Shown here one piece after another: positions 54,991 through 64,000 of a stretch of DNA of 64,000 nt (the stretch's first letter is position 1; each line of letters begins with the position of its first letter). A program made the translations under genes and the position numbers. The notes below the pieces were generated by a model. That model did not search any database and had not been told where the DNA came from. It worked only from the letters and a program-made list of their open reading frames with translations. Source of the stretch: an uncultured Lachnospiraceae bacterium (GTDB lineage: Bacteria > Bacillota > Clostridia > Lachnospirales > Lachnospiraceae); NCBI GenBank assembly GCA_946533395.1, contig CAMNBU010000005.1:17653-81652 (forward strand), given 5' to 3'.

Positions 54991-55539
54991 TCAGCTTATC
55001 TGAACTGTTCGAAGCCCCTTCACTATGGAATCCATGCGCATCCTGACGCTCGAATCCATCACGCGGCCGCCTATCTGCACGCGGATACCGCCGATCAGGT
55101 CTTCATCCGTCAGATACGTAACCTCGAGGCTCTTATAGCCCGCCGTAGCCATTATCCTGCTCTCCAGAGCTTTCTTCTGCGCAGCCGCGATCTCTCTGGC
55201 ACTCTTAACGGTGACGACACCTATGCGCATGTGCTCCTTGTATCTCCTTATCACGTAGTCGGTCAGCTGCGGAATATGCGCGGCGTGTGCCTTCTCGCAC
55301 ATAAGACGCAGAGTTCCCAGGTAATCCTCCGAGAGAAATCCTCCGAGAGAATTCACCAGAAGCTCATCCTTCTCCCGCCCCGATACATCCGGGTGGACCA
55401 GGAGCCTGAGCAGCTCGGGATTATCCTTTAGCGCCTGTGAAAGAAGAATAGCCTGCTCATACATCTGCTGCAGCGTGCCTTTGCCCGCGCACAGTTCAAA
55501 GAGAGCGTCACCATAGGCTGTTTCTACCTGCTTTGCCAT
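54991..55539 (-). CDS. atpH: F1 ATP synthase delta (OSCP) subunit
   Basis: Position and size, and an OSCP-like C-terminus. Confidence 0.8.
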   Translation of the reverse strand: MAKQVETAYGDALFELCAGKGTLQQMYEQAILLSQALKDNPELLRLLVHPDVSGREKDELLVNSLGGFLSEDYLGTLRLMCEKAHAAHIPQLTDYVIRRYKEHMRIGVVTVKSAREIAAAQKKALESRIMATAGYKSLEVTYLTDEDLIGGIRVQIGGRVMDSSVRMRMDSIVKGLRTVQIS

Positions 55540-56066
55540 GTGTCCTCTCCCATCTGTCTGATGGCATCATCGACCAGCGCCTCGTCGACCTTAGCATCCA
55601 TTTTCGCGCATACCGCACTCTGGGCTACGGACTGAGCTATGTCAATGATATCCTGCTTCATGTTTTCGATGGCGCGTCTTCTCTCCAGCTCGATCTCGTT
55701 CTCGGCACGCCTGATAATGGACTGCGCCTCGGTCTTCGCCTCGGCGACAATCTTCGCCTGTGAGGCCAGAGCAGTATTCCTCGCATCCGTCATGATGGCG
55801 TCCGCCTCGGATTCGATGTTCTCCAGCTTCGCCTCATACTCCCTTATGAGACCGGCCGCCTTCTCCTTGTCGGCGGCCGCCGCGTCGAGATCTGCCTGTA
55901 TCTTATCCTGACGCTTCTTGAGGAGCGCCCTGGCAGGATTGAACAGAAGATAAGAGGCTGCCACAAATATTATGAAAATGTTCACGCCGAGTATCAGCGC
56001 ATCATGTATCAGCTGCGCATCCAGACCGAACAGTCTGCCCTGCGTAGCTAAGATCAGCATTCCCAT
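55524..56066 (-). CDS. atpF: Fo ATP synthase b subunit
   Basis: One N-terminal TM helix followed by a long charged helix. Confidence 0.8.
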   Translation of the reverse strand: MGMLILATQGRLFGLDAQLIHDALILGVNIFIIFVAASYLLFNPARALLKKRQDKIQADLDAAAADKEKAAGLIREYEAKLENIESEADAIMTDARNTALASQAKIVAEAKTEAQSIIRRAENEIELERRRAIENMKQDIIDIAQSVAQSAVCAKMDAKVDEALVDDAIRQMGEDTWQSR

Positions 56067-56095
56067 GTTGCATAACCTCCGCTATTTGGCCGTTC

Positions 56096-56392
<297 letters not shown>

Positions 56393-57109
56393 TTAATCTC
56401 CGATCTTGTCCTCTATGTATACCATCGTCAGCATACAGAATACGTATGCCTGAATGGCTCCCGAGAAGAGATCGAAATAGCAGTGAAGCGCCGCGGGGAT
56501 ACCGAGCGTAAAGAGCAGGGGCATCATACCGTACCAGAGCCCGAGCATGACCGTACCCGACATGACATTGCCGAAAAGACGCAGTGACAGCGAGAGCGGT
56601 GTCGCGACCTCTCCGATGAAATTGATCGGGAAGAGGATGGGTATCGGCTTGAACAGAGCGGTGAAGTGGCCGAGCTTGTTCTTCTTGATACCGTTATAGT
56701 GTATCAGGCAGAAGGTGATCACACCCAGACACAGCGTGACGCCGTAATCCGCGGTGGGTGCCCTGAGCCCGAATATACCGCTTATATTGTTGAAAAGGAT
56801 GAATATGAAGAGCGTGCCGATGTAGTTCCTGAACTTCGACGCGTGCTCGCCCATACCGCCCGCCGAGATACCGTCGAGTTTCTCGACTATGAGCTCGACT
56901 ATATTCAGGAAGGGGCCGGGACTCGTCACATCCGAAGCCATCGCTCTCCTTATTGAGATATTGGCGGCGATAAAAAAGCCCAGCATCACCACGGTGGTAA
57001 TGATCATGGCCACGTGAGTGGTGGTGAGATAAAACTCCTGTCCGAATATCGTATATTTGTACAGGAGCTTTATCATGTAACTGGCATCGCCTGAAGCAAG
57101 TACAAACAT
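56393..57109 (-). CDS. atpB: Fo ATP synthase a subunit
   Basis: LSLRLFGNVMSG motif containing the essential Arg. Confidence 0.9.
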   Translation of the reverse strand: MFVLASGDASYMIKLLYKYTIFGQEFYLTTTHVAMIITTVVMLGFFIAANISIRRAMASDVTSPGPFLNIVELIVEKLDGISAGGMGEHASKFRNYIGTLFIFILFNNISGIFGLRAPTADYGVTLCLGVITFCLIHYNGIKKNKLGHFTALFKPIPILFPINFIGEVATPLSLSLRLFGNVMSGTVMLGLWYGMMPLLFTLGIPAALHCYFDLFSGAIQAYVFCMLTMVYIEDKIGD

Positions 57110-57567
57110 TACTGTTCCTCCGCTGCAGCCTGCGCGCTGTCCATTTCTCCGAAAAATACCGGCGACAGATACGCCGCGCTCTTGAGCCCGAAGATCGCAA
57201 AGAGCATGGTAAGGATATTCACATATCCGGTATAGTAAAACAGTGTGACTGATATTAAAACGACGGCAGTCCTGAGAAGATAAGTCTTCCTTATCTTCAT
57301 AAGGGCATCCTTCTCGGAAAGCTCCACCGCCTGTGAGAGCGAGACCGCCATGTGTACGGCCATGAACACTGCCAGACCGCCTCCGCAGACCGCCCCCAGC
57401 ACGAGTCTGAGCGTCATGCCCGGACCCGGGGTGATGTCGAGAGCCTCCGCAAATACATAGGACACGATCACAGCGATCACAGCGACTGCGGCCGCGTGAA
57501 CACCGATAATGATCATCATACCGCGAAGGGTCTTTCTAACCTCGGCGCTCATCGTCTGTGTTTTCAA
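57109..57567 (-). CDS. atpI: ATP synthase protein I-like membrane protein
   Basis: Four hydrophobic helices, located directly upstream of atpB. Confidence 0.55.
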   Translation of the reverse strand: MKTQTMSAEVRKTLRGMMIIIGVHAAAVAVIAVIVSYVFAEALDITPGPGMTLRLVLGAVCGGGLAVFMAVHMAVSLSQAVELSEKDALMKIRKTYLLRTAVVLISVTLFYYTGYVNILTMLFAIFGLKSAAYLSPVFFGEMDSAQAAAEEQ

Positions 57568-57895
57568 GTTCTGCCTCCCTGAGCCTGTTCAGGTGCTCTA
57601 TCTCCTCGAGAAGGTCGTCATTGTCCGGCTCCGCACCTCCCTCACGGTCATAAATTCCCTCGACCGTGCGTGTCAGCTCATCATCCGACCCGGTGTGGGA
57701 AGAAGCCAACCGGTACACCGATGCGGATGCGCAGACCACGCCGAACACACACATGAAGAGCATGATATCGATCCCTGCGTACTCTTTAAGAAGCAGTCCG
57801 ATGACGATACAGATACCTATGGCGCATATACCTGTCAGTCCCAGCTGCAATATGAGGAGCCACGCCCTGTGTATCTCTTTCCTTCCGTTATCCAT
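57536..57895 (-). CDS. AtpZ/AtpI-family small membrane protein with an acidic tail
   Basis: Two TM helices. It is the first gene after the atp promoter. Confidence 0.5.
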   Translation of the reverse strand: MDNGRKEIHRAWLLILQLGLTGICAIGICIVIGLLLKEYAGIDIMLFMCVFGVVCASASVYRLASSHTGSDDELTRTVEGIYDREGGAEPDNDDLLEEIEHLNRLREAELENTDDERRG

Positions 57896-57919
57896 GTCAT
57901 TTCACGCTCGAACTTACCT

Positions 57920-57948
57920 ATTATAGTCCCAAAATCATCCGATGTCCA
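57920..57948 (-). promoter_or_regulatory. Sigma-A-type promoter of the atp operon
   Basis: On the minus strand: TGGACA, a 17-nt spacer, then TATAAT. An A-tract tandem AATTGTAAAAAATTGTAAAAAAA lies upstream and resembles an UP element. Confidence 0.55.
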
Positions 57949-58032
57949 TACAGTTTGGCGCATTATCCGGACGATTTTAGTGTTTTTTTACAATTTTTTA
58001 CAATTGGTTAACGGTGAGCAACTAAATGCAGA

Positions 58033-58875
58033 TCACCCGTTCAGAAGCTTGTAGAGCTCCCTCTTGGTCATGCCCCTGTCCTTCGCGGCCGCCTTCATGG
58101 CATCCATGCGCTCCATGCCCTGCGACATGTAATGCATAACATGCTCCTCTGGTTTAAGCGCCAGAAGCTCGGCCACGTCATCCGCAGCCAGCTGCCTCTC
58201 ATCGGCCCCCTCTATCACCAGCACGCACTCACCCAGCGGTTTATCCGTCTCGTATCTGGCCAGTATCTGCGAAAGCGTCGAAAGAGATGCCTCCTCGTGC
58301 CTCTTCGTGAGCTCCCTGCACAGGCACGCTCTGCGGTCTCCGAGGCTGTCCAGAAGTATGCCGAGGGTCTTTACGAGCCTGTGGGGCGCCTCGTAGATTA
58401 TTATCGTTGCCGTCTCCCTCTTAAGCCTCTCGAGAGCCTCCTTAAGAAGCTTGTTGTCAGAGACCGGAAGGAAGCCCTCGAAGGTAAACCTTCTCGTGGG
58501 AAGACCGGATATGACCAGACCTGTGATCGCCGCGCATGCTCCCGGCACCGCGCTGACCTCTATGCCTGCCTCCCTGGCCTTTACCACCAGCTCATAACCC
58601 GGGTCGGATATGCCCGGCATGCCCGCATCCGATATCGCGGCCACATTTTTGCCCTCTAAGAGCATCTGCACCAGAGTGTCGGCCTTGTCGTATTTATTGA
58701 ATTCGTGATAGCTCGTCATCGGGGTATGGATGTCGAAATGATTTAGAAGCTTGATACTGTTTCTGGTATCCTCCGCGGCAATGATATCTGCTTCGCTCAG
58801 CACCCGCACCGCTCTCACAGTCATATCTTCAAGATTTCCGATAGGTGTCGCCACCAGATAAAGCTTTCCGGGCAT
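58033..58875 (-). CDS. rsmI: 16S rRNA (cytidine1402-2'-O)-methyltransferase
   Basis: LYLVATPIGNLEDMT...AEDTR N-terminal signature. Confidence 0.9.
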   Translation of the reverse strand: MPGKLYLVATPIGNLEDMTVRAVRVLSEADIIAAEDTRNSIKLLNHFDIHTPMTSYHEFNKYDKADTLVQMLLEGKNVAAISDAGMPGISDPGYELVVKAREAGIEVSAVPGACAAITGLVISGLPTRRFTFEGFLPVSDNKLLKEALERLKRETATIIIYEAPHRLVKTLGILLDSLGDRRACLCRELTKRHEEASLSTLSQILARYETDKPLGECVLVIEGADERQLAADDVAELLALKPEEHVMHYMSQGMERMDAMKAAAKDRGMTKRELYKLLNG

Positions 58876-58893
58876 GTCGCCTCCTAAGGCGCT

Positions 58894-59661
58894 CTAAAGC
58901 GCGTGATCCATGAGCTTTTCTTTGAAATATATCTCTTCTGTCTCTTCGGTCCTGCTTCCGTCGGGCCTGCCCATAAAGAGCGGGGGCTCTATCTGCGGAT
59001 TGTTCTTCGCGCCGCGTATGCCCTCGACGAGCACCAGATTCGCTCCCCTCCCCTCGTAGGGATGGACGAAGCGGATGAAATGTATACCGAAGCCGTTCGT
59101 CTCCAGCTCCCTGAAGATATCCGGCAGCCTTCCGGGCCTGTGCACCATGTAGAACCTGCCGCCCACAGGCAAAAGATACGCCGCAGCCGCCGCGAACTCA
59201 CCGAGAGTACACATGATCTCGGTCCTCGAGATGGCTTTCTTTTCATTCGGGCTGATGAGACCGCTCCCGCATGTCTTATACGGCGGATTGCCGGTGACGA
59301 CATCGAACTGTCCCGCCTTAAAAAGGCTCCGGACCTGTCTTATGTCGCCGCACACTATATCGACCCTGTCACCTATACCATTGAGCTCCACAGATTCGGC
59401 AGCCATATCGGCCACCTCCCTCTGCAGCTCGAGACCCGTAAAATGCGCTCCGCGTGTCTTCGCCTCGAGAAGTATCGGTATGACACCGGTCCCGGTTCCG
59501 AGATCGATCACCCTCTCTCCCTCTTTAACTGTCGCGAAGGCAGACAGCAGCACGGCGTCCTGTCCGAAGCAGAAGCCGTCCCTGTCCTGAATTATGCGAT
59601 AGCCCCTGCCGTTTAGCTCATCTATGCGTCGTTTACTTGTTTCCGCGTTTTCTGTCGCCAT
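58894..59661 (-). CDS. SAM-dependent methyltransferase, tRNA1(Val) m6A37 (TrmN6/YabB)-like
   Basis: DLGTGTG and GNPPY motifs. The start is placed at MATENAE; the longer ORF would overlap ricT further. Confidence 0.7.
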   Translation of the reverse strand: MATENAETSKRRIDELNGRGYRIIQDRDGFCFGQDAVLLSAFATVKEGERVIDLGTGTGVIPILLEAKTRGAHFTGLELQREVADMAAESVELNGIGDRVDIVCGDIRQVRSLFKAGQFDVVTGNPPYKTCGSGLISPNEKKAISRTEIMCTLGEFAAAAAYLLPVGGRFYMVHRPGRLPDIFRELETNGFGIHFIRFVHPYEGRGANLVLVEGIRGAKNNPQIEPPLFMGRPDGSRTEETEEIYFKEKLMDHAL

Positions 59662-60733
59662 AGTCTCTCTTGGGTCTTGTATCTGCCGGTCTGCTGTCGG
59701 GTCTGACTCCCTTATTATAGGGTCTGCCCTGACCTCCCTGCTTCCTGTCGTTCTTTCTTCCGTCCCCGAAGCGCTCCGCATCGGGTCTTCTGCCGGGTCC
59801 GGGCTTCACATTGCCGCGTTTTCTGTCCTGAGTGCTCTCCTGTGCATCCGAATCGTCGCTTTCGAGGCGGGCAAGCTCGGCCTCCTCGCTCTTTGACAGC
59901 TGAGGCTCGGCCCTTCTGCTTCTCTCGGTGACCTTCACTGCACAAGCCGCATACTCGCGCACCTCCCTGTCATCCGAGTCCACATCTATCTTCACCTTCA
60001 CCTTCTGGCGAAGCACATTTGCGCTGACTATCTCGCCCTTGTAACCATCCTCCGTCTCAACATAATCGCCCACGGACGGCATCTGGCTGTTTAAGTACTC
60101 GTAGGTCTCCTCCTCATACTTCAGGCAGCACATAAGCCTTCCGCACACACCCGATATCTTCGTGGGATTTAGAGGAAGGTTCTGCTCCTTGGCCATTTTT
60201 ATGGAAACAGGCACGAAATCCGGCAGATATCCGTGGCAGCACAGCACTCTTCCGCACATTCCGATGCCGCCCAGGGACTTCGTCTCGTCCCTGACTCCTA
60301 TCTGTCTGAGCTCGATCCTGGTCTTGAACACGCTCGCAAGATCCTTCACCAGCTCACGAAAATCCACACGATCCTCCGCGGAGAAGTAGAACATGATCTT
60401 GCTGCGGTCGAAATTGTACTCGACCTCCACGAGCTTCATCTCCAGCCCGTGCTTTCTTATCTTCTCGTTGCATATCGCAAAGGCGTCCTTCTCCTTCTGG
60501 CGGTTCTGCTCGTCAGTCGCTATATCCGCAGGTGTCGCAACGCGCGTTATCGCCTTGAGCGCCTGTGCTCCCTCGCCGGGCAGCTCCCTGGGAGCTATCA
60601 CCACGCTTCCGAGCTCGATGCCCCTCGACGTCTCCACCACGACCCTGTCTCCTATGGCAAGCTCCGCCTGCCCCGGATCGAAATAATATATTCTTCCCAC
60701 GCTCTTAAAGCGCACACCGATCATTTTAGGCAT
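59633..60733 (-). CDS. ricT: PSP1-domain protein RicT/YaaT with a long basic C-terminal tail
   Basis: The PSP1 core includes GGIGMCGRVLCCHGYL...CGRLMCCLKYE. The last ~95 aa are Arg/Lys/Gly/Asp-rich. Confidence 0.85.
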   Translation of the reverse strand: MPKMIGVRFKSVGRIYYFDPGQAELAIGDRVVVETSRGIELGSVVIAPRELPGEGAQALKAITRVATPADIATDEQNRQKEKDAFAICNEKIRKHGLEMKLVEVEYNFDRSKIMFYFSAEDRVDFRELVKDLASVFKTRIELRQIGVRDETKSLGGIGMCGRVLCCHGYLPDFVPVSIKMAKEQNLPLNPTKISGVCGRLMCCLKYEEETYEYLNSQMPSVGDYVETEDGYKGEIVSANVLRQKVKVKIDVDSDDREVREYAACAVKVTERSRRAEPQLSKSEEAELARLESDDSDAQESTQDRKRGNVKPGPGRRPDAERFGDGRKNDRKQGGQGRPYNKGVRPDSRPADTRPKRDYGDRKRGNK

Positions 60734-60804
60734 AGATCTTAAATAACCTCCTGCGCGGGATATCCCCGCAATCTGTGTATTTTAGCACACATACACGGCA
60801 ATTG

Positions 60805-61749
60805 TCAATTGCGTGCCGGACACGCCTCCTGAAGAAGCAGAAGAAGCGAGAGCTCCGCGTTTACATTGACCTTCATTCTGGTGGAAAAATTCTCTATCGC
60901 AGCAAATATCCTCGGAAAATCCTCGTAAGAATACTCCGTGGCACAGCCGATATCCGGACCTTCCCCCAAAGCCTTCGTCTTCATAAGCCCCGAAAACCAT
61001 CTCTGCATCTGCGATAACATCTCTATGAGCCTGTCCTTATCCGTGCCTATGGAGGCCGCAGCTCTTCTCAGCTGTACGATATCAGAGTCCGGCAGAGCTC
61101 GCAGAATCTTTCCGAGAGTATCCACCCACTCCCTGTAGGCCTCATCCTCCAGATATCTCTTCGCCCTCCCGATATTGCCGCCGCCGTGCCTTACAGCGGC
61201 CTCCTGCAGTTGCTCATCCTCCCCCCTCAGAGCTCTTTTCACCTGCGAATCCCTCAAAGGCTCCAAAGAGAGCTCCACACACCTGGACAGCACAGTCGGT
61301 AAAAGCGCGTCCCTGTTGTCCGAAAGCAGCATGATCGTGGCGTATTCGGGCGGCTCCTCTATGGTCTTCAGCATGGCATTCTGCGCCTGAGTGTTTAAAA
61401 GCTCCGCGTCGTCGAGTATAAATATCCTTCGGCTGCCGGATATAGGCCTGTTCACGATCTCGCGGTTTAGTCCATCTCTGATATCATCCACGGAAAAGAC
61501 TGCCTTCGCGTGCTGCACAAAGTGCACGTCCGGATGATCCTCGCGCATTATCCTCACGCAGTCGCTGCATCTTTGGCAGGGGCGATCCGGAGCCTGGCAC
61601 ATGATGGCCATGGCAAATTCCTTCGCCACGGTCCGCTTTCCGAGCCCCTTCTCGCCGTGAAAGAGATAGCAGTGGCCGATATTACCTGTACTGACGGTAT
61701 TTTTTAAATGCTTTATCAGCCGCTCATTGCCGTATACAGAGTCAAACAT
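60805..61749 (-). CDS. holB: DNA polymerase III delta' subunit
   Basis: HCYLFHGEKGLGK, a CQRCSDC zinc module and an ILDDAELL box. Confidence 0.85.
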   Translation of the reverse strand: MFDSVYGNERLIKHLKNTVSTGNIGHCYLFHGEKGLGKRTVAKEFAMAIMCQAPDRPCQRCSDCVRIMREDHPDVHFVQHAKAVFSVDDIRDGLNREIVNRPISGSRRIFILDDAELLNTQAQNAMLKTIEEPPEYATIMLLSDNRDALLPTVLSRCVELSLEPLRDSQVKRALRGEDEQLQEAAVRHGGGNIGRAKRYLEDEAYREWVDTLGKILRALPDSDIVQLRRAAASIGTDKDRLIEMLSQMQRWFSGLMKTKALGEGPDIGCATEYSYEDFPRIFAAIENFSTRMKVNVNAELSLLLLLQEACPARN

Positions 61750-62326
61750 TTCTTCCTCCGGCTATCAGTTCCCTGATCTCTTCTATGCAATCCTCGAGCA
61801 CATCGTTTCTGAATTCTCTGTCTATACCGTTCTTCGCCAGATTCTCGGCGGAGAAATCCTCCTCATCCGCCAGAAATCTCCTGCACATCTCCGCGTACTG
61901 CGGCTTTTCCTGGGACTGTTCGCGGCGTATCGCGCGGATGAGTCTCTCGCCGTCATCCACGGTTACATAAACGGGACATAGCTTATCCGAGCCGAAATAC
62001 TTCCTGGCGGCGGCGTATGACTCCAGAGTACCTATCATCAGATAATCATATCTGTCGGGCTCCGTCTGTCCGTCATCCACAGTCGCGTAGCGCCAGATGC
62101 CGTGCACCGTATTGTACTCCCTGTATTCAATGAGCCTGCCCGCCTCCTTCAGGCGGAAAAACTCCGCATCATCTATGAATCTGTACTCCACACCGTCTGT
62201 CTCTCCGCTTCTTTTCGGCCTCGTGGTGTAGAGTATCACGCGTCTAAGCTGCGGAAGTTCCTCCAGGATCCTTCTGTAGATGCTGTCCTTTCCGGATGCG
62301 CTCTTTCCCATGAGATAATAGATCAT
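61742..62326 (-). CDS. Guanylate-kinase-family P-loop kinase
   Basis: GKSASGKDS P-loop and TTRPKRSGETDGVEYRFI. The start is at the ATG that follows GAGGTGG. Confidence 0.7.
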   Translation of the reverse strand: MIYYLMGKSASGKDSIYRRILEELPQLRRVILYTTRPKRSGETDGVEYRFIDDAEFFRLKEAGRLIEYREYNTVHGIWRYATVDDGQTEPDRYDYLMIGTLESYAAARKYFGSDKLCPVYVTVDDGERLIRAIRREQSQEKPQYAEMCRRFLADEEDFSAENLAKNGIDREFRNDVLEDCIEEIRELIAGGRNV

Positions 62327-62450
62327 CGTCCCCACCTCATTCTTAAGAATATCTTAATATATAATATACGAAAAAACGACAAATAACAACGGATTCTGTG
62401 ATATAATCGAAAGAAATTACGAAAGCATCCAAAAGAGAATGGAGGACCTC

Positions 62451-63194
62451 ATGTTTGACCGCTTAAAATACAAAGCCATCGGCAGAAATGTCGCCGCAAA
62501 TCTCTGGGGACTCATTGCCCCGATGTCGTTTATAATACTTTTCCTATCGGGTGAGTTTTTGAACGTAAGCATAAACCAAAATATCGATATAACTCGTTTT
62601 ATCAGTGCCAGGGATGTTAAGCTGAACATGCGGCTGATGTGGATACATATCGAGATATCCGTCCTCTTCTTTCTGATAGCGCTCTCCGCGCTCACCTGCA
62701 TGAGACTTATCGGCGCAGTTTTAAAGTTCGGTGAGAAGGCATTTTACATGTACACGCTCACCTACAAGCCGAATCTCGATCCCGCCCCGAATGTGCGCAT
62801 GTGCTACTCCTACTCAGCGGCATATTTTTATAAGTTTCTGTGCGTACACATCATCATGGTCGCAAAGATTATCCTCTGGTCAATGCTTTTCATAGTTCCG
62901 GGCATAATCAAGTTCTACGAGTACAGGCTCATACCCTATATCATCGCGTCCAATCCAGACATGAGCTATGATGAGGCTCAGGCCATCAGCGCCGCGCAGA
63001 TGAACGGCAGGAAGTTCGATCTCTTCGTCATGGATCTCTCCTTCTTAGGCTGGCTTCTGCTCAACTCGCTGACCGCCGGGATACTGAACGCGGTATGGCT
63101 TCGCGCCTACATGGAGGCCAGCTACGCTGCCTTCTTCTTAAGCCTCGACCACAGAGGATATGCCCTCCCGTACAGCTTCAGGAGCTATTGCTGA
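62451..63194 (+). CDS. DUF975-family membrane protein
   Basis: The N-terminus MFDRLKYKAIGRN and the TM pattern fit the family. GGAGG lies 5 nt before the ATG. Confidence 0.6.
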   Translation: MFDRLKYKAIGRNVAANLWGLIAPMSFIILFLSGEFLNVSINQNIDITRFISARDVKLNMRLMWIHIEISVLFFLIALSALTCMRLIGAVLKFGEKAFYMYTLTYKPNLDPAPNVRMCYSYSAAYFYKFLCVHIIMVAKIILWSMLFIVPGIIKFYEYRLIPYIIASNPDMSYDEAQAISAAQMNGRKFDLFVMDLSFLGWLLLNSLTAGILNAVWLRAYMEASYAAFFLSLDHRGYALPYSFRSYC

Positions 63195-63214
63195 TAATAC
63201 AATGTGTAATCAAG

Positions 63215-63245
63215 AAAGCGGAGTTTCAAACAGAAGCTCCGCTTT
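63215..63245. terminator. Bidirectional terminator between convergent genes
   Basis: AAAGCGGAG ... CTCCGCTTT followed by TT. Confidence 0.55.
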
Positions 63246-63248
63246 TTA

Positions 63249-64000
63249 CTATCTTTTGCTTATAACGGCGACCCTGCCATCATCTACTCCTCGCAGGCTG
63301 ATGCCGCTGTCCTCACACTGCTTCATAAAAGCCGCTGTCACCTCATCGATCTTCTCCCCCGGCGCCACAAGAATGCTTCCGGGAGGGTATGCGTATATGC
63401 TCTGAGCGCTTATGCGGCCCACAGAATCTTCGATATCGATATATTCACACGCTCTGCATGAGGCCTCATATGGGTCGAGCATTTTTTCGGGCAATGGTAT
63501 CGTTCTGAACGTGCTGTTATGCCCTGATGTATGCCACTCATCAAGCTCGCCGCAAGCATCGGCGAAACGATCAAGCGCTTTTATGTCATCGCGCAGACTC
63601 GTCATGTAAAGAGCAAATATCTGTGTACTCATTTCAGGCTCAAAGCCCTTTTCACGCAGAGCATCCGCGAGCTCATATCCGGTCATGTTATGAGGTACGA
63701 GCACCAGCTTACCCTCATCGTATGCCGCGCCGTTTCCGTCAAACAGGCTTATGTTTTTAAGGGTGGATAGCTTTTTACGAATTCCGTCCAGATCACCGTA
63801 GTACTCATCCATCACACCCTCGTGCCGCAGCATATAGTGAAATCCCGCTGAGAGCCCTGCCATCAGAAGATACGACGGGCTGGTAGTCTGATAGATGCGA
63901 AGGTACATTTCAAGCCGCCTCTTATCCACCCTCTGAGAGCAGACATGTAACAGAGCTGTCTGAGTGAAGGAAGGCATGGTCTTGTGATACGACTGAACAA
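63249..64000 (-). CDS. Orn/Lys/Arg decarboxylase family protein (partial; N-terminus lies off-window)
   Basis: The frame stays open to the window edge. A PLP-lysine context S-Y-H-K precedes TMPSFTQTALLHV. Confidence 0.7.
   Translation of the reverse strand, partial: VQSYHKTMPSFTQTALLHVCSQRVDKRRLEMYLRIYQTTSPSYLLMAGLSAGFHYMLRHEGVMDEYYGDLDGIRKKLSTLKNISLFDGNGAAYDEGKLVLVPHNMTGYELADALREKGFEPEMSTQIFALYMTSLRDDIKALDRFADACGELDEWHTSGHNSTFRTIPLPEKMLDPYEASCRACEYIDIEDSVGRISAQSIYAYPPGSILVAPGEKIDEVTAAFMKQCEDSGISLRGVDDGRVAVISKR

Overview
This is a 64-kb chromosomal segment of a moderately GC-rich Firmicute. Gene content and order look clostridial, but that is inference only. I call about 60 protein genes, mostly on the minus strand, and saw no rRNA, tRNA, CRISPR array, transposase or integrase.

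Housekeeping content:
- leuA behind a Leu (CUC) T-box leader, then mtnN
- a heterodimer-type ABC exporter pair
- a GH5 lipoprotein, an SSS symporter, an aldo/keto reductase and a PflX-like radical SAM protein
- tyrA, a PHP phosphatase and a membrane GGDEF/EAL protein
- type III glutamine synthetase, cyclophilin, a HIT protein and a rhomboid protease
- a complete F1Fo ATP synthase operon (atpZ-I-B-E-F-H-A-G-D-C)
- a B. subtilis-like yaaO..yabC block: decarboxylase, kinase, holB, ricT, trmN6-like, rsmI

Observations worth a second look:
1. A conserved hairpin plus pseudoknot-like module lies immediately 5' of the start codons of two unrelated genes, tyrA and a 2,519-aa surface protein gene. Compensatory base changes support two of its helices. 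A related hairpin precedes at least one further gene.
2. A 164-bp MITE-like element (12-bp terminal inverted repeats, 8-bp target duplication) sits exactly at the apex of that module's hairpin in the tyrA leader.
3. An ECF sigma / multi-TM protein / PrsW-like protease operon is followed by a small TM protein, an S1 protease lipoprotein and the giant N-terminally anchored protein. The giant protein carries His/Cys3 repeats and an AT-rich 3' module.
4. An AT-rich ~3.3-kb insert is bracketed by 142-bp direct repeats. It carries an AAA+/PD-(D/E)xK ATPase, an orphan solute-binding-like lipoprotein and a decapitated ABC permease operon.
5. A secretin-less Tad/Flp pilus locus has several atypical components.

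All protein calls rest on motif recognition by eye in the supplied translations. No database search was run.
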